Below are positions 53,121 to 64,000 of a stretch of DNA of 64,000 nt, piece after piece; within the stretch, counting starts at the first letter, position 1; the number at the start of each line of letters is the position of its first letter. The notes under the pieces are model-generated. The model did no database searches, had not been told where the DNA came from, and saw only the letters and a program-made list of their open reading frames with translations. The translations under genes were made by a program, and so were the position numbers. This stretch comes from the human T2T-CHM13v2.0 reference genome, Homo sapiens. The DNA is taken from assembly GCF_009914755.1 (NCBI RefSeq), contig NC_060937.1. One strand, given 5' to 3'.

Positions 53121-54673
53121 GTCTTTTTAAAAACGTATTAACTATTCTGTTCTGAAAAGCTGTGTATATTGAATTTCCAGTAAATTTTCAATTAACTACA
53201 ATAAATGGATACCAAAGGAAAATATAAATATAAATGGAGACACAGAAATTTTCCAGTGTATATGTTTAAGAGGAATCACTTGCGTCTTATTTTCTGAAAA
53301 TTGCTGTCCAGTTATTTAGATGATTTGATATTTGAAGTGTTTACTTTATTGGATTCTTCTGTAAGAAGTCCATTCTTATCCCAAGATAATAATTATTCCA
53401 TTCTTTTTTCTTCTTTGATATTTAAGTCATCAATATCTATAATTTATTTTAGAGAATAAATTATGTACCTGGTTTTATGTTTTCTTCATATAATGAGTAG
53501 CTTCTCTAAAATCTTCTATAGATTTATGGTTTAATTTCTGTCATATACATTTAATTATCTTTTCTATCATTCATTAAATACTTTTTTCATTAAATACTTA
53601 TTAAGCACTGTTATATGTGGTGAGCATACAATAAGGGTTAAAATATCTGTTTTAAGAGCACAAACACTTTAAGGAAGTCAACTTTTAAAAATATCAGATA
53701 ATGAAAAGTGCAATAATAATAAAACAGTTCAAGTATTTTTGTACTTCATATTTTTATCAATTAGCTTGCCTTTTCTTTTGTATATAATTATTGCTATACC
53801 TTTGCAGGGCAAAATGCAGAATATACAGGGCATTTACTTTCTTTTTCTTTTTAAATTTTTCTTTGGTATTTGTAGATATTTATTCTTTTGCATAAGGTAT
53901 TCATTTTCATAAAATATGAAAATAAATATTTAAAACTAAGGTCTGAGTTATACTAAATTTTAGTTTAGTGGGAAATATTTATAGATTTTTAAAAGTTAAG
54001 TTTTTCCATTTATAAACATGACATCTTATTCACTTAAAATTGAAAATTAATAGTTTAGAAATTTTATACAAATGGTCTTTAAGTTAATTAGTTGTTGTCT
54101 AACATCATTTCTATATTTTCTAGTCATTATTTTGATGTGCCAAGACTATGTTACTTTTTAGAGACAATCTTATATCTGGCAAATTTTATGAAGTCTCTTA
54201 TTAGTTCTAATGATTTCTTAACTCAAATGGAATATTCTAACTAAATGAGTAGCTATCATGTGGTGTTGGTCAACCATTTAGGTAATGAGTTTTCTTTGAG
54301 ACTTAGCAGTACAATTGAAGGAAGATATAATGATTGTGTTTTTTATTGTGTCTCAGATGTTCAATTATGGCTATTCAGAATTTTCTAATATTTCTTCTGT
54401 TAGTTCTGATAACTTATGGTTTCAAGTTGCTGTCTATTTTATTGAGTTTGTCAAATTTATAGGCAGAAATATTATCTTTCTATTATTCTTTTGATAGTTA
54501 TTGGATCTTTACAAATGCCTTCGATTATTTTCTTAGTTTTGGTAATTTGTATTTTCTACCTTTTTATTTTGATTAGTCAGGTTAAAGGTTCAAAAATTTT
54601 ATTATTCTTTTCAATGAAGCCAGTTTAGTTTTGTTGATTTTCTCTATTGACTGTACACTTTCTATTTAATTAA

Positions 54674-55099
<426 letters not shown>

Positions 55100-55171
55100 T
55101 AATATAAACATCTCAAAGTTATAAGTCTCCCTCTAGATATGCTTTAGCTACACCCCAGATATTTTTATAAA

Positions 55172-55518
55172 CAGATGGTCCTCAGATTACAATTGTTCTA
55201 CTTACAATTTTCCAACCTTACAATGGCAAGAAAACAATATGCATTCAGTAGATACTGTACTTCAAGTACCCACACAACCATTTTCTTTTCACTTTCACTA
55301 TAGTATTCAATAAATTACATGAGATTTTGATAATTTATTATGAAATAGGCTTTGTGTTAAATGATTTTGTACAACCGTGTGCTAATGTATGTATTCTAAG
55401 CATGTGTGATGTAGGCTAGACTAAGCTATGATGCTCAGGAGGTTATGTGCATTAAATGCATTTCAACTTACGATGGGTTGATCAGGGTACAACCCTGTCA
55501 TAAGTCAAGGATCATCTA
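55172..55518. mobile_element. MER47A-like TcMar-Tigger DNA transposon
   Basis: Degenerate TIRs CAGATGGTCCTCAGATTAC / ATAAGTCAAGGATCATCTA; internal GTAGGCTAGACTAAGCTATGATG. Confidence 0.85.
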
Positions 55519-55908
55519 AACTGAGTTTTAATAATCATGTGATACAAATATGTTCTTATTTCTAGATTTAAATCTTCTTCAACTACATATTATTTATACA
55601 AACATTTTTATATTTCTGAACATATCAATACAGAATTTATATATATTTCTATTGATTATTAATATAATTGCACTGTGATTGGATAATAAATTATGTATAT
55701 TTGATATTGTTTACATTTATTGAGATTTGTTTCACGGCCTATCACATTGTCTTCATTGGTAATTACTCCATGTTCCTTTACAAATGTGTTTACATTTAGC
55801 ATAATTACAAATATGGTTGTGAGATTTAGTTATAACATCTTGAGAGCTGTTTTTAATTTATCTCATCACTTGTTTGTTATTTTTTCTCTTATCTTGCCAT
55901 ATTTATAC

Positions 55909-56109
55909 TATTTACTAGTATTCCACTTTGTCATCTATTTGTTTATTGTAAATTTTTTTGGTTTTTGTTTTCTTAATGCATTCTCTAGGTTAGTGCTATC
56001 TATTAGATTATTTACTAGTATTCCATTTTATCATCTATTTATTTATTATAAATATCTTTTTGGTTTTTGTTTTCTTAGTGAATTATCTAGGGTAGTGCTT
56101 TCTACTAGA
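55909..56109. repeat. diverged 100-bp tandem duplication
   Basis: Both copies start TATTTACTAGTATTCCA and end CTAGG(T/G)TAGTGCT(A/T)TCTA(T/C)TAGA. Confidence 0.9.
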
Positions 56110-56290
56110 CCACTCAATGATGGTAGAAATGTTTCATATCACCTTTACCCAATTTAGTAGTCAGTAGCCACATGTGACCATTGAGCACATGTGCAACAGA
56201 GAAACTAAAATTATAATTTAATTTATTAATTTATTTAAATTAAATTCACTTAACTACATGTGGCTAGTGGCTACCATATAAATTGTGCAG
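56093..56290. mobile_element. MER3 hAT-Charlie DNA transposon
   Basis: TAGCCACATGTGACCATTGAGCAC, TACATGTGGCTAGTGGCTACCATAT; degenerate 8-bp TSD ATCTAGGG/CTCTAGGA. Confidence 0.85.
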
Positions 56291-56501
56291 CTCTAGGATA
56301 TGCAATCTCATCTTTTAGCTTATTACAGTCTTCCACAAAATAATATCATACCATTTGCATATCATTTAAGATTACTGCAATAGTATAACTCCATTTTTCT
56401 CATGTTCCATTTTTTTGTGCTGTTATTTTAATATATTTTATTCTGCATATCTTAAAATATATAATATATTGCTTTTTTTTTGCTTTCAATATTAATTATC
56501 T

Positions 56502-56809
<308 letters not shown>

Positions 56810-57074
56810 AATTATCTGTTATAGAAATTAACAAAAGTAACAAAAACAGTTTTATATTCACAGATAAATGGCATTTCTATTCTTGAAGAATGTTCTCTAT
56901 TAATTTAAATTCTAATTAGAAGTTTTATTCTAATTTATTCTTTTATTTTCACACAATAATGTCAGCAGTGTGGGTTTCGTACAGGTTACAGCTACAAGTA
57001 ATATAGGTAGATTAGATTTTAGTAGAGCTTTGAAAACCTGAAAAGGCTTAACACATGGTTATTTAAAGAAAGAA

Positions 57075-58680
<1,606 letters not shown>

Positions 58681-59928
58681 AAAAGCCCACCCTTTACCTT
58701 CTGTCTTTAATTTGAATTCTGCATGTTTTTGTTGGGGTGGCATCTCAAGACAAAGATTTTCAATTGATACAATCTCTCCCTGTTTGATTTCATCCCCACA
58801 GTGTATTCTTGGCCCTTGGGGAAGTTTCTGTTACTACTGATTCCCAAGAGATACTTTCAATATTTTATCACTTTTGTTTAAATCAGCTGTCAGTATGTAT
58901 ATGATGAGATGATTGGTCAAGAGATTGGGCTGATCCATTTGACTGGACCTAATAACTGTTGTTCACCACCCCCAGTCCAAGCAGGGCTCTGGCGGGACCT
59001 TGCATTATGTTCACGCTGTGATATGGGTGGATTGTTTTATTTTGTTTTGTTTTTATCTGACTTGAAATAGGATAATAATCATCTACTTAGGGCAATGTAG
59101 AAAAAAATAAAATGAGCACACTAAGAAATTTCTCCTCATGCCTATCATTAGCCTGCTAATCAGCCTTACTTTAGGATAACTGCAACTTAAGTCACTAGCA
59201 ATTTATCAGTTTTTATGCTTATTATTTGGATTCTTCAACCTTCTTATAACTTTTGAGGCACCTCTGGTGCTGTTATGGAGAGATCAGCCATAGCCTGTGT
59301 TGTTTCATCATCTTGTTTCATTACAAATATTTTAATAATCAGAGAGTAATCTTTACATTCTTTACATTTTTAGCCACCACATTCAGATATTCATAATCAG
59401 TTATATTTTCCTTATTAAATATAAAAAAACAAGCAAAATCTTATTGCAATTTAATGTGAATTTATAATAACAAATAATTCTTGATATGTAATAACTTTAC
59501 CCCATTTGTTTCATTCAGGGTGACACAAGTGCTGTTCAGATACAAATACATAGTCTTAAACCTTTGGGAAGTATGCAGCCACACAGACAACCATTTGGAC
59601 ATGTGTTATAGTGAACATCTTTAATGAAAATGCTAGTTTTTTGGAGTATTGCAAATTCCTTTTCTTGTAAAAATTCTTTGTTAAATTAATAGTGCTTCTG
59701 AGGGACACAACTTTCAAATTATTTTCTTGGAACTTGAGCTCGGCTGAATGATGAAGAATTGACTGCTGAGTATAACTGTTCAAAGTAGACTTTTGGTGCT
59801 TTCATTTGGGGTTACTATGAAACCAAACCAAAAAAAAAAAAAAGTTGTGAAGCAATGTGCCAAAATTAAAGGAAATGTGATGGGAGCAGCTCCACGATTC
59901 CTCCCTAGAGATGCACAGAGGCACTTAC

Positions 59929-60026
59929 AGTGTAACCATCACAGCAATAAAATATTCTGCATTCCCTTTCTTACACTATGCCAGCCATTGTTGGAGGTGT
60001 TCCTCCACCATGGTAACTGTTGCCAT
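59929..60026 (-). pseudogene. exon 1 coding part of the candidate small membrane-protein gene/pseudogene
   Basis: ATG at 60026 and in-frame accATGG at 60011; MATVTMVEEHLQQWLA*CKKGNAEYFIAVMVT+CT; donor ACT|gtaagt; single TAG at 59978-59976. Confidence 0.55.
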
Positions 60027-60207
60027 GGAGTCTCCACCTGCCAAGCACCATTTCTCCGGTGTGACCCCTCTTAGAAGCTCACTTTTGAGGGAGGAGAAAT
60101 TGCCTAGTCACCATTGTAAACTCTTTTAGGGAACTTTAAAGGGAATAGGACTAGGTTATCCTGGAACCTAAGACCTTGATTCGCAGGTTCCAGCTATTTT
60201 ACATTGG
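60008..60207 (-). promoter_or_regulatory. putative promoter: RFX/X-box-like motifs and a CCAAT box
   Basis: CCATGGTAAC-T-GTTGCCATGG (60008-60028), ATTGCCTAGTCAC (60099-60111), CCAAT on the minus strand (60207-60203); motif matches only. Confidence 0.4.
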
Positions 60208-61241
60208 TTTGTTATCAGGAGCTTTTTGTTTTGTTTTTTCAAATTCCTATGTCCGTGCTTCAGATAAGACCGAGTAAATCTCAGCTTCCTGGTGTCAGTT
60301 TAAGAATTGCTTTTATTTATTTACCTTGTAAATCTGTATATTGTTCTGGAGTACCTAAGTGAAATGAACAAACAAATGACCTTGGTTACATTAAAAACTT
60401 TCGAGAACTCTGCTTCTTAAACTATCCCTTGTGAGGTATCAGTTTTCTCCATTCATCACAAACTAAAACTTTCGTAAAATACAATGAAAGAATGACCAGA
60501 AAAATGAAACAAATAAAAAGGCATAGAAAATACAAACCACATTTTCTTTATAAGATTAAGTAGATATGAAATTACTCTGACAAGTGGTTCTAAAGTTTTA
60601 AAAAAATTTACTCTCGATTACTGCACTATCTCTATTTAGACTGTTAAACATCAGTTTAGGGATGAAAACTGGCCCCCTGCCTTCATTTTGAGTAGTCCTA
60701 GAGTTTAAGTTTGCTCATCCATCAAGTGCATAAAATACTACCTATACCTCCTTATTCAGAGGGTCAAGAGAGAATAAGTTAGAAATGAAAAACCATTAAT
60801 TTTAAGATAAATGTAAGAATTTATCTTTACATTTTTTTAGTGGTTAGTGTAATACCGTGTAATGAGACCAACACTGTTTTGAAACATAAACTAAAACAAA
60901 ATGTTCAGAGAGTGTACTTGTACATTTTGTTTGTCTGTGTAAATAATTTTCAGTGTTTTTTTCCTCAAACTGTCAGATGTCACACTGGAATTCTGCCATC
61001 AACATGTGACACTCAGCCAGCTAGCGGTGACAATCCAAGATGTTAACCACAAAGCTGACCTGACTAGCATAAAAATCTTGGCTTCACAGTATAACTTTCT
61101 GAGAAGAAAGAACAGAATTATCCCAAATTGCTTTGTTACATCATCTATAGTACACTGGATGGGAGGCAGGGAAATATAATTTTTAAGTGATTCTTTCCTA
61201 AAAGAAGAAAACAAATTTATTTTCACATAAGCGGGAAAGAG

Positions 61242-61273
61242 AGCTGTTATTAATGGAAGCTGTTATTAATGGA
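61242..61273. repeat. perfect 16-bp tandem duplication
   Basis: AGCTGTTATTAATGGA twice. Confidence 0.9.
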
Positions 61274-61359
61274 AGACTAATACAGAAAAATGCTGAAATC
61301 ATTTTTCATTCTGGATGGAAATTTACTTGAGAAACCTTTGCAAATGAAACAAACCTTCA

Positions 61360-61692
<333 letters not shown>

Positions 61693-61736
61693 AGAAAGCT
61701 GAAATATAGGTAGTGGCTTAATTAATTAATTAACTC

Positions 61737-61892
61737 TTTTTGAGACAAGATCTTGCTTTGTGACACAGGCTGGAGTGCAGTGGCGTGATCATAGCTTACT
61801 GCAGACTTGAACTCCTAGGCTCAAGTGATCCTGCCTCATCCTCCTGAGTAGCTAAGCCTATAGTTGTGTGCCACCAAGCTGGACTTAATTTT
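61737..61892 (-). mobile_element. FRAM or AluJ right monomer
   Basis: TTTTTGAGACAAG...GGCTGGAGTGCAGTGGCGTGATCATAGCT...GGCTCAAGTGATCCT; single monomer. Confidence 0.88.
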
Positions 61893-62179
61893 TGATATTC
61901 AAGTATTCTAAAATCAAAAATAAAATAAATATAATTTTAAATAAATTTAATTGTTTGTGCATTTGAAAAAATTACCTAGAAATTTAAAAGATTTCCTTTA
62001 GCTTAAAATTTATATAGTTTAAGGCACCTAAAGTTGCATTAAATCAGAATTATAAATTGCTATACGAATCTTTTGATATGACACTTAAGGGTTTTTTCCT
62101 AAATTCAATAAATTAAAATAAATTTTAGAAATTTCAGTGAAAATAATGAGGCATAAGTAAATAATTCAAAATTCCCTTT

Positions 62180-63652
62180 ATTATTTTTAATTTTTAAATT
62201 TTAGATTAAAGAGGTACATGTTCTTATTTGTTATATGGGCATATTGCATACTGGTGAAGATCGGCCTTCTAGTATCCCATTACCCAGATAGCGAACATTG
62301 TACCCAATATGTAATTTTCAACCCTCTCCCCTCTCCCGCCCTTTTGGAGTCCCCAGTATCTATTTTCATTGTCATGTCCATATGTACACATTCTTTAGCT
62401 CCTACTTATAGTCCTCACTTATAAGTGAAAACATGTAGTATTTGGTTTACTATTTTTGAGTTTGTTCACTTAAGTTAATGGTCTCCAGCTCTATCCATCT
62501 TGCTGCAAAGGACATAATTTTATTTTTTTTATGGCTCTGTAGTATTCATAGTGTGTGTATACACACATATATGCATATATACACATTGTATATATATATG
62601 TTTGTGTACATATATATCACATGTGATATCACATGTGATATATATATATATAGATATGACATTTTCTTTTTCTAGTTAACTGTTGATGGACACTTAGGTT
62701 GGTTCCATGACTTTGCTATTGTGAATAGTACTGCGATGAACATACGAGTACAGGTATCCTTTGATATAATGATGTCTTTGAGTAAATGATTTTCCTTTGA
62801 GTAAAAGGAGTATAAATCATATCAAAAGGACACCTAGGATTTCTGGGTTGAATGGCAGATCTATTTTTAGTTCTTTGAGAAATCACTATACTATTTTCCA
62901 TAAAAGTTGAACAAATTTACATTCCCACCAACAATGTATGAGCATTCCCTTTTCTCTGTATCCATGCCAACATCTATTGTTCTTTTACTTTTTAGTAAAA
63001 GCCATTCTGACTGGTGTAAGATGATATCTCATTGTGCCTTTAATTTGTATTTCTCTGATGATTCATGATATTGAGCATCTTTTTTTAGTATGTTTGTTGG
63101 CTCCTGCTTACATTTCTTCTTTTGAGGAATATCTATTTGGGTACTTTGTGCTGCTTTTAATGGGGTTGTTTGCTTTTTTCTTCTTGAGTTGTTTTCCTTC
63201 CTTATAGATTCTGGATATTAGTCCTTTGTCAGAGGCATAATTTACAAATATTTTCTCCCATTCTGTAGGTTGTTTATTCTGTTGATTGTTTATTTCGCTG
63301 TGCAGAAGCTTTTTAGTTTATCTCGCAATTACCTATTTTGTTTTTGTTGCATTTGCTTTTGGGGTTTAGGAATCATAAATTCCTTGCCTAGGCCAATGAA
63401 CAGAAGAATGTTTCCTAGGTTTTCTTCTAGGAATTTTATAGTTTCAGGTCTTACATTTAAGTTTTTTAATGCATCTCGAGTTAATTTTTGTACATGGTGA
63501 AAAACAAGGGTCATTTCATTCTTTTGCATATGGCTACCTAATTTTCCTGGTGCCATTTATTGAATAGGGTGTCCTTGCCCCATCGTTTATTTTTTGTCAA
63601 TTTAATTGCAGATCAGTTGGTCACAGGGAAATGGATACACAGACCAATGGAA
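62180..63652 (-). mobile_element. L1PA15-17/L1PB-like 3' portion, probably with a very short inverted 5' piece
   Basis: 3'UTR and ORF2 C-terminus in reverse (ORF 63329..63556 contains LNVRPETIKFLEENLGNIL); sense L1 snippet at 63629-63652. Confidence 0.9.
62610..62645. repeat. perfect 36-bp palindrome in a TA-rich tract
   Basis: ATATAT-ATCACATGTGAT-ATCACATGTGAT-ATATAT. Confidence 0.92.
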
Positions 63653-64000
63653 TTGAACAAAATTATTTTTAATCTGATGGAAAACCTGACATTTCTCATC
63701 AAGAATGAATGTGTCAAAATCAATATGGGCATGTTAATGAAGTAAAAGTGTTCAGAGAGAAAGTTTTACTGTTTTTATTAACATGGAATAAAGAACTGTC
63801 ACAATGAAGCAAATAGTCTTACATATAATATACATAAGAAAATGGAGAGGAAAGATCTGATGATAACGAGAGTATTACTAGAGCATGTATGGATGGAAAA
63901 TACAAAGGAAGCTGTTGCCCAAAAGACCACCAGGATGGCTATATAGTAGAAAAGGGAGCTTTTTTGCAATATAGGTTTGCAAGCCTGGAAGAAAAAGTTT

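Noticed and set aside
55720-56157. 145-aa hydrophobic ORF
   Set aside because: T-rich antisense L1M sequence plus a tandem duplication and a MER3 end; compositional artefact
59793-60129. Plus-strand ORFs of 93 and 72 aa
   Set aside because: No recognisable motifs; they are antisense to the better supported minus-strand exon 1

Overview
AT-rich human (hominoid) genomic DNA; an AluYa5 insertion supports human origin. Much of the window is interspersed repeat: about 14 Alus, three primate-era L1s (two clearly and one probably 5'-inverted), old L1M/L2/MIR pieces, MaLR/ERVL LTRs, a decayed ERVL pol region, and solo LTR17 (HERV-W) and MER4 LTRs with intact TSDs. None of the listed ORFs is a credible intact cellular gene. 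The main non-repeat signal is a minus-strand, phase-compatible 3-exon structure (60026-59929, 49431-49382, 47447-47335, AATAAA at 47297-47292). It spells an 86-codon small membrane-protein-like sequence with one internal TAG, and RFX/X-box-like motifs overlap its start. It is a candidate unitary pseudogene, or an intact 57-aa smORF from an internal ATG. Weaker minus-strand exon candidates lie near 21.6-23.2 kb and 39.8-41.7 kb. Repeat subfamily names come from remembered consensus features, not a database search.
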